Sequence record: DRR723986_6288
Direction: 5' to 3' (one strand)
DNA: 50,542 nucleotides
A model generated the notes under the pieces. That model was given only the letters and a program-made list of their open reading frames with translations. It searched no databases and was not told the DNA's origin. Shown here in pieces: positions 32,190-44,939 of the stretch; the stretch's first letter is position 1, and each line of letters starts with the position of its first letter. The position numbers were made by a program, and so were the translations under genes.

Positions 32190-32401
32190 TCCGAGGCTAT
32201 CAGCTTGCTGTTAGCCCTCTTTTCCCGCCTTCTTGCCGTTTTTACCCCAGTTGCTCGGAATACGCCCTTGAAGCAGTTAAAATTCATGGCGCATGGAAAG
32301 GAGCGGCTTTGTCTTTTGGCCGCATTTGTCGATGCAATCCCTGGAATGCTGGCGGTTTGGACCCTGTTCCTGAAGCTCGCCACACCAGTCACGACTCTTA
32401 G
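32126..32401 (+). CDS. yidD: Membrane protein insertion efficiency factor YidD
   Basis: LIRGYQ..SP..CRFYPSCSEYALEA..HG..RICRCNPW..GGLDPVP; start uncertain. Confidence 0.93.
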   Translation: MVDRTPTTFQRSLTARAITALIRGYQLAVSPLFPPSCRFYPSCSEYALEAVKIHGAWKGAALSFGRICRCNPWNAGGLDPVPEARHTSHDS

Positions 32402-32429
32402 TCATTAAGCTCAGTAATTAAGGATTTAA

Positions 32430-34127
32430 ATGGAAACGCGCAGGCTAGTCCTTTTGATGATATTCAGCTTGTCTCTCATCATGCTTTGGGACAATTATCA
32501 GGCTTCTATTGGCAAGCCCACCTTGTTTGGCCTTAGCACTGGCGCTCAAACCAGCGACCAAGGCGATGTCGCCAAGGCTGGTGGTTCAACTGCTGCCAAT
32601 GCAGCGAATGACTTGCCTCAGCCAGTGGCCCCGACTGCCGGTGATGTGCCTGCAGATCCGAACGCGATTGCATCGAGCGTTGCTGAAGCAGCGCCTGCAG
32701 CGCAAACCATTACTGTCAAAACCGATGTACTTGAACTACAGTTTTCAAGCCAAGGCGCACAGCTGATTACTTCAAAATTGCTCAATCACCCTGCTGCCGA
32801 GAATCCGGAATTGCCGGTTCAGTTGTTTGAGCAAACAGCCAACCGTACTTATGTTGGCCAGGCTGGCTTGGTGGGTGTGCCTGATGCACCCAATCATCGT
32901 ACCTTGTTTGAGCTGGTGTCGGGTTCTACTGAATTTGCACCTGGTCAGGATGAGCTGAAGCTCGTTTTTAAAGCCACAAGCGGTGGTGTTGAAAACACAA
33001 CCACCTACACAATTTTCAAGAATCGCTACGACATTGACCTCGTGATCAATGCACGCAACATAAGCACAGAGCCCGTATCACCCAGTGCATATGTGCAAAT
33101 TACGCGTGACGGCAACCCGCTTGAAAGTGACTCTTCCCTGTATGCAACATTCACAGGGCCGGCTGTTTATACACCTGAGAAGAAGTACCAGAAGATCGAC
33201 TTTGAAGACATCGCCGATCGCAGTGCAGACTATGTAAAAACCGCTGATTCCGGATGGTTGGCGATGATTCAGCATTACTTTGTGTCAGCCATTATTGGTC
33301 AGGATGGTCCTCGCGAGAATTACACCCGTCAGGTAGATTCCAACTTGTACTCCATTGGCCTCGTGAGTAGCCTGGGTACTTTGGCGCCTGAGCAGACTGG
33401 CACCTATACGGCCAAACTGTACACAGGCCCGCAAGATCAAAGTGTGCTGGAAGCCTTGTCCCCCGGACTGGATTTGGTCGTGGACTACGGTTGGCTTACC
33501 GTGATTGCCCAGCCTATTTATTGGTTGCTGGAGAAAATTCACAGCTACATCGGCAATTGGGGTTGGGCCATTGTGGTACTGACCATTTTGATCAAGCTGG
33601 TGTTTTTCCCGCTGTCAGCCGCCAGTTACAAATCGATGGCAAAAATGCGCAAGGTTGGCCCGCGCATGCAAAAGCTGAAAGAACAATATGGCGATGACAA
33701 AATGGGTTTCCAGCGCGCCATGATGGAAATGTACAAGCGCGAGAAAATCAATCCCTTGGGCGGTTGTATGCCCATTCTGATTCAGATCCCAGTGTTCATT
33801 GCTTTGTACTGGGTGTTGCTGGCCAGTGTTGAAATGCGCAATGCACCTTGGTTGGGTTGGGTAACCGATTTGGCTGCGCCGGATCCCTTCTACATTTTGC
33901 CTGTGATCATGGCGGTAACCATGTTCATCCAGACCAAGTTGAATCCAACGCCCCCCGATCCTGTTCAGGCCAAAATCATGATGATCATGCCGTTGGTGTT
34001 CTCGGTCATGTTCATTTTCTTCCCGGCTGGTTTGGTGCTGTACTGGGTTGTTAACAATATTTTGTCGATTGCCCAACAGTGGGTAATTACACGTCAAATT
34101 GAGTCTGCACCAGCCACTGCACGGTGA
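32430..34127 (+). CDS. yidC: Membrane protein insertase YidC
   Basis: N-terminal TM, periplasmic domain, VDYGWL, GNWGWAI, NPLGGCMP, PAGLVLYW. Confidence 0.98.
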   Translation: METRRLVLLMIFSLSLIMLWDNYQASIGKPTLFGLSTGAQTSDQGDVAKAGGSTAANAANDLPQPVAPTAGDVPADPNAIASSVAEAAPAAQTITVKTDVLELQFSSQGAQLITSKLLNHPAAENPELPVQLFEQTANRTYVGQAGLVGVPDAPNHRTLFELVSGSTEFAPGQDELKLVFKATSGGVENTTTYTIFKNRYDIDLVINARNISTEPVSPSAYVQITRDGNPLESDSSLYATFTGPAVYTPEKKYQKIDFEDIADRSADYVKTADSGWLAMIQHYFVSAIIGQDGPRENYTRQVDSNLYSIGLVSSLGTLAPEQTGTYTAKLYTGPQDQSVLEALSPGLDLVVDYGWLTVIAQPIYWLLEKIHSYIGNWGWAIVVLTILIKLVFFPLSAASYKSMAKMRKVGPRMQKLKEQYGDDKMGFQRAMMEMYKREKINPLGGCMPILIQIPVFIALYWVLLASVEMRNAPWLGWVTDLAAPDPFYILPVIMAVTMFIQTKLNPTPPDPVQAKIMMIMPLVFSVMFIFFPAGLVLYWVVNNILSIAQQWVITRQIESAPATAR

Positions 34128-35478
34128 TCCCATCGTCGCCATCGCCACCGCGCCCGGTAAGGGCGGGGTGGGGGTGGTGCGGTTTTCTTTTCCTTCTTCT
34201 TCCAGTTTTCAGACCTTTTGCATGGCGTTTTGTGGCAAGTTGCCCAAACCGCGCCTGGCAACTCTTTTAACGCTTCGTGATTTTGATAAGCACGCCATTG
34301 ATGAGGGCATTGCCCTGTTGTTTAACGCGCCTGCATCATTCACCGGCGAAAATGTGCTTGAGTTCCAGGGCCATGGTGGTCAGGCAGTGTTGCAAGGTGT
34401 TGTGGCGCATGCCCTTTCCCTTGCCCGGCAGTTGAATATTCCGTTGCGCCATGCCATGCCAGGTGAGTTTACGCAGCGTGCGTTCTTGAATGACAAACTT
34501 GATCTGGCGCAGGCTGAAGCGGTGGCCGATTTGATCGATGCTGGCTCTATAGCGACAGCCAAAGCCGCCGCGGCGTCGCTCAGTGGTGTGTTTTCGAAGC
34601 AGGTCAATGATCTGGCCGACCGGATTATACATTTGCGTTTGCTGCTCGAAGCCACACTTGATTTCCCTGAAGAGGAAATCGAATTTCTCGAGAAGGCAGA
34701 TGCCAAAGGTCAACTTGCGGATATCTTGAATGCACATCGACAGTTGCTCGGTGCAGCGCAGGAAGGAGTGAAGTTTCGTGATGGCTTGCAAATTGTGCTG
34801 GTGGGCGAGCCCAATGTGGGTAAGTCGAGTTTGTTAAACGCGCTTGCCGGCGAGGAAATTGCGATCGTATCGTCCATTGCGGGCACCACGCGGGATCGAA
34901 TCAAACAGGAGCTGAATATTCGTGGCATTCCGTTGGTGTTGGTTGACACGGCCGGTTTGCGTGAAACAGCGGATGAGGTGGAAAGAATTGGCATTGAGCG
35001 GACTCGAAAATCAGTGGAGGAGGCCGATCTGTTGCTGATCCTGAAAGATGCAACTCAGGACTCACCGAGTGCGTTGAACACCCACCTTGAACTGCCGGTG
35101 CATTTGCCTACCATTACCGTGATGAACAAGGTCGATTTGCTGCCTGAGATGCCACAATTACCGCTCGACATACTGCCAGTGTCCGCAAAAAATGGTCAGG
35201 GCTTGGAGCTGTTAAAAGACGCCATATTGGCCAAGGTGGGGATCGCCCACACGCCCGACCATGGTTTCATGGCGCGACAGCGCCACGTTGATGCTTTGAT
35301 GGTGTGCGGTCAGCATCTTGCGGCCGCACATGAGTTCGCACAACAGGATGATCGAATCCTAGATTTGTTTGCAGAAGAGTTGCGCTTGGCGCACGATGCT
35401 TTGGGCGAAATCACCGGGCGTATGTTGCCCGATGATTTGCTGGGCTTGATTTTCAGTCGGTTTTGTATCGGCAAGTAA
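34099..35478 (+). CDS. mnmE: tRNA modification GTPase MnmE
   Basis: IVAIATAPG.GGVGVVR, GEPNVGKSS, DTAG, NKVD, C-terminal FCIGK. Confidence 0.98.
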   Translation: MSLHQPLHGDPIVAIATAPGKGGVGVVRFSFPSSSSFQTFCMAFCGKLPKPRLATLLTLRDFDKHAIDEGIALLFNAPASFTGENVLEFQGHGGQAVLQGVVAHALSLARQLNIPLRHAMPGEFTQRAFLNDKLDLAQAEAVADLIDAGSIATAKAAAASLSGVFSKQVNDLADRIIHLRLLLEATLDFPEEEIEFLEKADAKGQLADILNAHRQLLGAAQEGVKFRDGLQIVLVGEPNVGKSSLLNALAGEEIAIVSSIAGTTRDRIKQELNIRGIPLVLVDTAGLRETADEVERIGIERTRKSVEEADLLLILKDATQDSPSALNTHLELPVHLPTITVMNKVDLLPEMPQLPLDILPVSAKNGQGLELLKDAILAKVGIAHTPDHGFMARQRHVDALMVCGQHLAAAHEFAQQDDRILDLFAEELRLAHDALGEITGRMLPDDLLGLIFSRFCIGK

Positions 35479-35481
35479 TTT

Positions 35482-35883
35482 CTAGTCGCACAACATCAGT
35501 TGGGGATCGGCAAATGCCATTTGATCGATCAGTTCAGATTCCTGCTCAAACACAGCACTTAAAAACACCAGCTGCTCGCACAGCGATTCAATGGATTCGT
35601 TATGACTTTCAGGGTCCAGGTGCACGACTTGTTGGGTGCGCTCAACCTCATCCAGGTATTGCGTCATCAGGGTTTGCAGGGTGGGTTTGTTCAGCGTCCA
35701 GGTTTTCAGCTGAACCACCAAGGCAAAGCGTGCCTGTGCTGAAGCAGTTTTACGCAGTTGTTGAGCAAAATGTTTTAGCCCGTGTGCCACGTTGTCCAGC
35801 TCCATGGTGACTCTGGCTTCGGACTGGCGAAAATAAAGCGGTTCGCAGTCGTGTTGGTGATGTTGGACCAGTGCGATTGTCAT
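35482..35883 (-). CDS. Hypothetical alpha-helical protein (~133 aa)
   Basis: ORF fills the gap between mnmE and the regulator. Start MTIAL at 35883 after GGAG is preferred. No family recognised. Confidence 0.55.
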   Translation of the reverse strand: MTIALVQHHQHDCEPLYFRQSEARVTMELDNVAHGLKHFAQQLRKTASAQARFALVVQLKTWTLNKPTLQTLMTQYLDEVERTQQVVHLDPESHNESIESLCEQLVFLSAVFEQESELIDQMAFADPQLMLCD

Positions 35884-36107
35884 GATGGCTTGCTCCGCAA
35901 AGAATTCGGTATGAATCCATCTTACTGACTTGAATTTTCTTGCCCATTCCGTGAAATGAGGATGCTTGTTTCTGATGCCCCCCCGAAAAGCGGAACCCTT
36001 TGTAAAAAAAGGCAAAATGCAGGCTTAATTGTTACCGTGAATTCATGTACTCTTTGGGTGGAAGAAGAGACCCAAAGGTCCTGTGTGCCTGACTTAGCCT
36101 GCGAACA

Positions 36108-36764
36108 ATGAAAAATCAAAAAATCTTGGTGCTCGAAGATCACCCCCTGATTTCAATGGTGATTGAGGACGTCTGCAAAGACATGGCTCCCCACGCCCAA
36201 ATTCATGTGGCGACCAGTCTGGTTCAAGCCCGTGAACACCTGTTTGAAAAACCGGACCTGATTATTTTTGATCTGACCCTGGTGGATTCCAAAGGACAGG
36301 AAACGATTGAATGGCTTGATTCCATGTTTCCCAAAGTTTGCGGATTAATTTATACGGGTTTTGTGAGTGAAGGTATCCGGGCCCGTGCCGCGCAGTCTGG
36401 CTATTCTGTTGTGGAGAAAACCTGCAGCCAATCGGCTTTGGCCCATGAAATAGAAGCTGTGCTGTTTAAATCCGGTATCTTGAACGGCAGCTCATCCGAC
36501 AGTGTGCCAGCGAATGAACATCAATCAAATATCGTGGCCTACCCCGGCGCAAAGCCGTTGACGTGGCGGCAGGTTGAAATCATGCGAATGACGGCGGAAG
36601 GTTTGTCAGCAAAAATGGTCGCTCAGCGCATTGGGCTTAGTCCCGAGACCGTGCGCGGACACATTCGGGAGATTTTCAAGCGGCTGGAAGTCTCCAATAA
36701 GGCGCAGGCGGTAAACGTATTCCTGAAGGCCGAGCGCAGCGTAAAAATGAAGTTGAACGACTAA
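36108..36764 (+). CDS. NarL/LuxR-family response regulator (paralog 2)
   Basis: LEDHP, DLTLVD, KPLTWRQVEIMR, SPETVRGH. Confidence 0.9.
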   Translation: MKNQKILVLEDHPLISMVIEDVCKDMAPHAQIHVATSLVQAREHLFEKPDLIIFDLTLVDSKGQETIEWLDSMFPKVCGLIYTGFVSEGIRARAAQSGYSVVEKTCSQSALAHEIEAVLFKSGILNGSSSDSVPANEHQSNIVAYPGAKPLTWRQVEIMRMTAEGLSAKMVAQRIGLSPETVRGHIREIFKRLEVSNKAQAVNVFLKAERSVKMKLND

Positions 36765-36770
36765 TCCGTG

Positions 36771-37370
36771 TCAATGGTTCGGGTGGGGTACACGTTTCAA
36801 GTCGACGCCCACCGTCAAGGTCCCGATCATGTAATCCCCGTCGTACACTGGCACGCTCACCTGGGCAATCATGGCTTTCGTGCTGTCGTCCCAGCGGGCT
36901 CTTGATATGTGTGAATCGGGCTTCCGTGATGGCAGGTTGGTGTCGAAAATAGCGGTGAATTTTTCTTCATCACCTTGCCAATAATCGGTGGTCACAATAT
37001 TCATCGCGACGGTTTCACCTTGGTTGCCGGTCAAAATTGCTTCCTTGAAATAGCTTTGTTTATTCATTTCTGCGGCGAGAAAAGCGGAAACCTTGGAGCT
37101 TTTGATTTGATCGGCTTCTGGCAAGCGGCCTTTGAGTCTGATCCATTTTTCGTCAAGCGCAATGACCTGTTCTTTGGCCAGTTGGCGTGCGTTCGATGCC
37201 TTGACGGCTTCAATGACCTCAGGCTTGGACGCGATGGACTTGATTTCTTTGATCAATGTTCCAGCACAAAATGCATAGGCGTTGGTGCTCGCGAAAAACA
37301 AGGCCATGAACAAGAGGCCTAAGCATGCAAAAGGCCCCTTGCATTCGAACTGTAGACTGGGCTTTTTCAT
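36771..37370 (-). CDS. Secreted stand-alone PDC/Cache-like protein (paralog of 3144-3695)
   Basis: Signal ..AYA/F; EIKSIASKPEVI, DEKW, ILTGNQG, TTDYWQGDE, QVSVPV..IGTLTVGVD. Confidence 0.78.
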   Translation of the reverse strand: MKKPSLQFECKGPFACLGLLFMALFFASTNAYAFCAGTLIKEIKSIASKPEVIEAVKASNARQLAKEQVIALDEKWIRLKGRLPEADQIKSSKVSAFLAAEMNKQSYFKEAILTGNQGETVAMNIVTTDYWQGDEEKFTAIFDTNLPSRKPDSHISRARWDDSTKAMIAQVSVPVYDGDYMIGTLTVGVDLKRVPHPNH

Positions 37371-37388
37371 TTCTCGCTTGTTGACCGC

Positions 37389-37841
37389 TTACTCGGCCAA
37401 AACCTTGATGAGTTTTAATTTAGATCTCGTGGGATTACCCTGCAACTCTTTTCGGGTGAGGTAGCCCAATGCATTTGGATTGTTGGCCAGCAGCTCAACC
37501 ATGTGTTGGCTGTTGCGTGCAACAGTGGGGGCTTTGCTGATGCCAATGCATTCCAGAAGTCGCTGCACCGTGCGGAATTCCTCGGTGGTGAAACCAAGGG
37601 TGCCCGAAATGAAGCGGCTGCGCTCACCGAATTCATCGTCGCGGTCGATGACCAACACTGTTGAATCTCCAACGGCTTGGCTTTGACCGGTGTACAAATC
37701 GCGCAGTTTTGTTTTCGAAATTTCGCTGAAATGGATATTGCTGGAGCCCACCAGTACCACTTCGGCTTGAGCCACGCCGGGGGCTCCGACCATCGTTAAC
37801 AACGCGAGGCTGGTAATTACTGAATGCAAAAAATGTTTCAC
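37389..37841 (-). CDS. Small periplasmic PBP/PstS-like substrate-binding protein
   Basis: GTG start; signal ..AQA/E; ISKTKLRDLYTG..R..F..LG..NPNALGYL pattern of short PBP-like proteins. Confidence 0.65.
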   Translation of the reverse strand: MKHFLHSVITSLALLTMVGAPGVAQAEVVLVGSSNIHFSEISKTKLRDLYTGQSQAVGDSTVLVIDRDDEFGERSRFISGTLGFTTEEFRTVQRLLECIGISKAPTVARNSQHMVELLANNPNALGYLTRKELQGNPTRSKLKLIKVLAE

Positions 37842-37982
37842 GTCAAACCCTTGAAAATACTTTGACTACTTTGGGTAAGTTCTTGACACTACAAATACTA
37901 GGAACTTTTTATTTTGTTAAATCTTGTGAACCCAGTGTAAGACATGCTGTAAGCGAACACAATTGTTTGCGAGCAGCTTTGC

Positions 37983-40982
<3,000 letters not shown>

Positions 40983-41018
40983 GGGCCAGCCTTGTTATTG
41001 GAATTGTTCGGCCCTGGT

Positions 41019-41693
41019 TCAGTGACTTTGCGATTCTTCAAGTAAACGCGATTGTCGCTCTGCCTTGGTAAAAATTGACACGGCATGGGCGCGATTCTGT
41101 GCGCCTAGTCTAACAAGGACTTCACGCATGTGGGCGCGAACTGTCTCAGGACTCAAGTTCATGTCGCGGGCAGCTTCTTTTGCAGTCATGCCGACAGCAA
41201 TGCGGCGCATGATCTCAACCTGTCGCCAGGTCAGCGGCTTTTTTGAACCCGGCGCAATAATGTTGGACTGAAACTCGTTTTTGGACTTCATTTTGTCCGC
41301 ATTCATTCCTTCCTGGCAGCTTACGCCAGTGGCCATCAGACCTTTCATGACCGCGTCCAGCAGTTCATGGTAGTCAGCAGATTTGCGAACACAGGGAATT
41401 TCCATCTCGTCCAGTTCCTGGAGGATGTCATTGTGTGTCGTACCCGTAAATGCCAGCAGTTGCGAGAACGGAAACAGATCGCGCACGCGCTGGGCAGAAT
41501 TTACCCCTTCGCAGTCAGGCAGGTTCAGATCAAATATGACAAGACGTGGGTTCTCATGGATGTGTTGCTCACTCGCTTGGATGGTGGGCACTTTGAGCAC
41601 GCTCAGGTCTGGTGCATGCTCGGTCAGCATGTCAGCCAGCATCATGGACACCAGTGGATGATCTTCAATCAAAAGTACAGCGTTGGGGTTCAT
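41019..41693 (-). CDS. NarL/LuxR-family response regulator (paralog 3)
   Basis: Start MNPN after GGGAGG; IEDHP, DLNLPD, KPLTWRQVEIMR, SPETVRAH; immediately upstream of the hybrid kinase. Confidence 0.9.
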   Translation of the reverse strand: MNPNAVLLIEDHPLVSMMLADMLTEHAPDLSVLKVPTIQASEQHIHENPRLVIFDLNLPDCEGVNSAQRVRDLFPFSQLLAFTGTTHNDILQELDEMEIPCVRKSADYHELLDAVMKGLMATGVSCQEGMNADKMKSKNEFQSNIIAPGSKKPLTWRQVEIMRRIAVGMTAKEAARDMNLSPETVRAHMREVLVRLGAQNRAHAVSIFTKAERQSRLLEESQSH

Positions 41694-41914
41694 TCGGCAA
41701 CCTCCCAATTCGTTTGCCAGAAATAAAAACCGGTATTACCGATATGCTCAAATCATGTTACGTGTGAACCCTCGAAGCGATGCCCCTTCATTTGGAGGAT
41801 GGCTTCATTTGAAGCGTGCGGGTACGAAATGATTTCTCCCTCAAATAGGGGGGGGTCTCTTTGTGTTGATAGCGGCATCCCGGCGATCCACTAACCTTAT
41901 GGCATTGAGTCTAA

Positions 41915-42427
41915 ATGCCGTTTGGCCGGGTGAATGTTGTGAGTGAGTCGGAATCAAAACCACTGGAAGTCTGGGTCGCTGAGGATTCACCGTTCTACCG
42001 GCTTGTGGTGGAAGAGGCCATTGAGGAAATCGCCAAGGTGACCTACCTGTCCATTTCGCTGACCGTGTTTGAACGCTTTGGTGATATTCGTGCCGCATTT
42101 GATCAGGCGGAACGTGGCTTAAGACCTTTGCCTTCCGCTGTGTTGTCCGACCTTCATTTCCCGGATAATGCACACGACGATTTGCAAGATATCCTGGTGT
42201 TTTACAGCAGGTATGTGAACGCAGTGCCTGTGTCCTACATGTCTTGCAATCTCGAAAGCCTCGAGCTGGCAGAAAGCCTCGCGGAGCATCGCTCAGACGC
42301 TTTGCAACCAGCCCGGTTTTTGCGCAAAGACACTGCCGAAACCATGACCAATCTGGTAAAAACCATTCACGCCATGGTGTTCGCACCTCGCACTCAGCAT
42401 TCCCGTCTCGGCGCCACACTGGCCTGA
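41915..42427 (+). CDS. Stand-alone receiver (REC) domain protein
   Basis: VWVAEDS, VLSDLHFPD, YMS and FLRK place the D-D-S-K receiver residues in order; no output domain. Confidence 0.7.
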   Translation: MPFGRVNVVSESESKPLEVWVAEDSPFYRLVVEEAIEEIAKVTYLSISLTVFERFGDIRAAFDQAERGLRPLPSAVLSDLHFPDNAHDDLQDILVFYSRYVNAVPVSYMSCNLESLELAESLAEHRSDALQPARFLRKDTAETMTNLVKTIHAMVFAPRTQHSRLGATLA

Positions 42428-42440
42428 CTTCATTTCTAGA

Positions 42441-44819
42441 TCAGTTTTCAAAAACCCGAAATACAATCAGAAAACAGGGCGCGTTGCGTGCAGTGTCCAG
42501 AAACGGTGAAATCAAAATGTCGCAAGGCACCTTGTTGTCAGGGCTGATCTCATATTCGGTTTTCACGAGAATTTTTTGATGGCTTAAGAACCCGACAAGC
42601 AACTGACGATAGTGTCTGGTTGGTATGCGGCCATGAATCAAATGGTAGGGGTTGCGTCCTAACCATTTGTCCCGTGCCTGGCCGACGAAGGTCTCGAATG
42701 CAGAGTTCACGTACAACAGGCCAAAGGGATCTTTGGTGTTGCGAATGTCATTCGTGACCATGATGACTTCGCGAATTTGCTCAATCGCTGAGTTCAACAT
42801 GTACAAATCGCTGCTTTGGTTTTTTCGTTTGGTGATGTCTTTGATCAGGATGGTATACCCCGTGCCTGATTTGAAAACACGCAGCGAGATCCAGCGCTTG
42901 ATGAACCCTACAAACTGTTCGACTGACTTCGAGAAACCCACCTGATTGACACCTTCCAGCAATGTTGCAAACTGGTTTTTGTCGAGATCAGGAATCAATT
43001 CAGTCAAAGGCGTTGCGTGTACAAAAAGTTCTTTGTCTTTTTGCAGCAAGGTTTTTGCGTTTCGGTTTACAAAGCTGACGTTCAGGCTGGAATCGATTTC
43101 AACCAAACCGTCGGTGAGGTTGTCGACAATCAGGTTGTAGGTCAGAAGATTTTTTTCCAGCGCCTGTTCAACCTGTCGAGTCTCGGAGATGTCGACGATT
43201 GAGCCGTAAAGGCCCATGGGTACACCCTCATCGCTGATGGATGGGCGGATCATCATGCGAAACCACTTCTTCTTCTCCTGCGTTCCAAGTGCGTCAAATT
43301 CAAGGCTGGCGGGTTTGCGGTTATTGATGCATTCGATGAAAAGCACCGCGATGTTGCGACCTGACAATCGGGAGAGTATTGAGCTGAGATGAAAGATTGA
43401 ATTGAGTGAGTCTTTGCTGGCGCCCAGTACTTCGCGAAGTATTTCCGTGGTTTTGAGCGAACCGCTTTCGAGGTGATAGTACCAGCCACCTACTTTGGCC
43501 AATGTGCCTGTCAAACTCAAAAGACTTTCATCAAAAATTGATTTCTGGACCGAAGATGACTTGTTGATCATCGCCGTAAAGTTCGCGATCACCGATGGTT
43601 TTTTGAACGCGGTGAATCCTTTTTTCGGGCAAAGCTCCATGCGTAGCCAAGTCCCGTTTTCCCCCTGAAAATTCAGACGCACCCACGCCTCTGAAGGCAA
43701 ATTGCTTTTCAGGCATTGATTCAGAATCTTCGAGAATGTTTCCTGATCTTCACCATGAAGCAGATCTACAAAACTTTCCTTGTGTTTTATCTTCGTAAAC
43801 TCTTCGTCACCGGAGTTGGACAATCCAGTGATCAAGCCCTGATGGTCGAGTGTGAGTCGGCCTTTCACCGTCTCTCTTAAAAAAGCTTTGGGAAACTTTT
43901 TCAAGTCTTGGTTGGGCTCCATGCGGGGCATGTTTTCGCGATCGCTTGGTGCTTCTGTGTGAATATTTTCCAGAGCAGGTTCGCTGATCTTTTTCACCAA
44001 ACCAAACAAACGGGTATCACCTGCATTGCCGCTGTCGTAGACCTGTTCTTCAAAACGCACAATGTCGCCGCTGGGCAAGCGAACACGATAGACGAAGGCA
44101 TTTCCATCGCGCTCAAGTCTCGCTTTCTCGACCATCTCGCGGTCTTCGTCGATCGGTAAGTTGTTGAACCAGCTGGCCAGCACCACACGGGTTTGCGACA
44201 GGTTCAACCATTTCTCCATGGAAGGCGACAGCTCAATCAAGTCGCCATGGTCGGTGTTCTTCCAGCTACCCAAACCTTGATTGTTGTAGTTGTGTTGTTG
44301 TTTGGAATTCAATTCGTTTGATTCTTTGGCTTTCAGGGCACGCTCAACAAGGCTGTGTTCAACCAGTTTGGCCAGGGCTGTTGCAACGGTCGTCTCTGAT
44401 TTGGTCCAGGTTCGCGCGGCGTTGTCGAGCAGGCAAAACGTACCAATATTATTGCCACTCACCGAGCGGATCGGGATGCCCAAATAGGCACGAATCCAGG
44501 GGCTGCCAAGCACCAAGGGGTTGGTCTTGAACACAGGGTGTTCAAGGCAATCGTTGATGACATGCGGTTGATCGTGTTGAATGGTGTGAGAACAAATGGA
44601 GAGATCGCGTGGGACTTCCTTGACCTCAAATCCGCGTTTGGCTTTGAACCAAAGTCGATCAGAATCAACAAATGCAATAAAACAGAATGCGCAATTGAAC
44701 GCTGACAAACCCAGGTCCACTAGCGCTTCAAAGTACTCTTCTTTTTCCGTGTCCAGAATATCGAGTTGGTAAAGCTCCGTAAGCCTCACCGCCTCGTCGA
44801 TTTCCTTTGGACTGCTCAT
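42441..44819 (-). CDS. GAF plus multiple PAS domain protein with no recognisable output domain
   Basis: N-terminal GAF (RL..L..LDILDT..E..F, RLWFKA, SICSHTI, IRAYLGIPI, IGTFCLLD); several PAS/PAC-like repeats (GGWYY, YGSIVDISE, FVNRNA, IKDITKRK, YVNSAFE); stops right after the last PAS. Confidence 0.82.
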   Translation of the reverse strand: MSSPKEIDEAVRLTELYQLDILDTEKEEYFEALVDLGLSAFNCAFCFIAFVDSDRLWFKAKRGFEVKEVPRDLSICSHTIQHDQPHVINDCLEHPVFKTNPLVLGSPWIRAYLGIPIRSVSGNNIGTFCLLDNAARTWTKSETTVATALAKLVEHSLVERALKAKESNELNSKQQHNYNNQGLGSWKNTDHGDLIELSPSMEKWLNLSQTRVVLASWFNNLPIDEDREMVEKARLERDGNAFVYRVRLPSGDIVRFEEQVYDSGNAGDTRLFGLVKKISEPALENIHTEAPSDRENMPRMEPNQDLKKFPKAFLRETVKGRLTLDHQGLITGLSNSGDEEFTKIKHKESFVDLLHGEDQETFSKILNQCLKSNLPSEAWVRLNFQGENGTWLRMELCPKKGFTAFKKPSVIANFTAMINKSSSVQKSIFDESLLSLTGTLAKVGGWYYHLESGSLKTTEILREVLGASKDSLNSIFHLSSILSRLSGRNIAVLFIECINNRKPASLEFDALGTQEKKKWFRMMIRPSISDEGVPMGLYGSIVDISETRQVEQALEKNLLTYNLIVDNLTDGLVEIDSSLNVSFVNRNAKTLLQKDKELFVHATPLTELIPDLDKNQFATLLEGVNQVGFSKSVEQFVGFIKRWISLRVFKSGTGYTILIKDITKRKNQSSDLYMLNSAIEQIREVIMVTNDIRNTKDPFGLLYVNSAFETFVGQARDKWLGRNPYHLIHGRIPTRHYRQLLVGFLSHQKILVKTEYEISPDNKVPCDILISPFLDTARNAPCFLIVFRVFEN

Positions 44820-44939
44820 TGTGGAAGTGTCTCCGTCCCTTTTTCCTCTCGGTACTCACTTTACACTTTGTCACCCGTACGAGGGACTACACTTTTGAAC
44901 TACCCAATAAAAAATAGGAAAGTTTCGTGAGTAATTACC

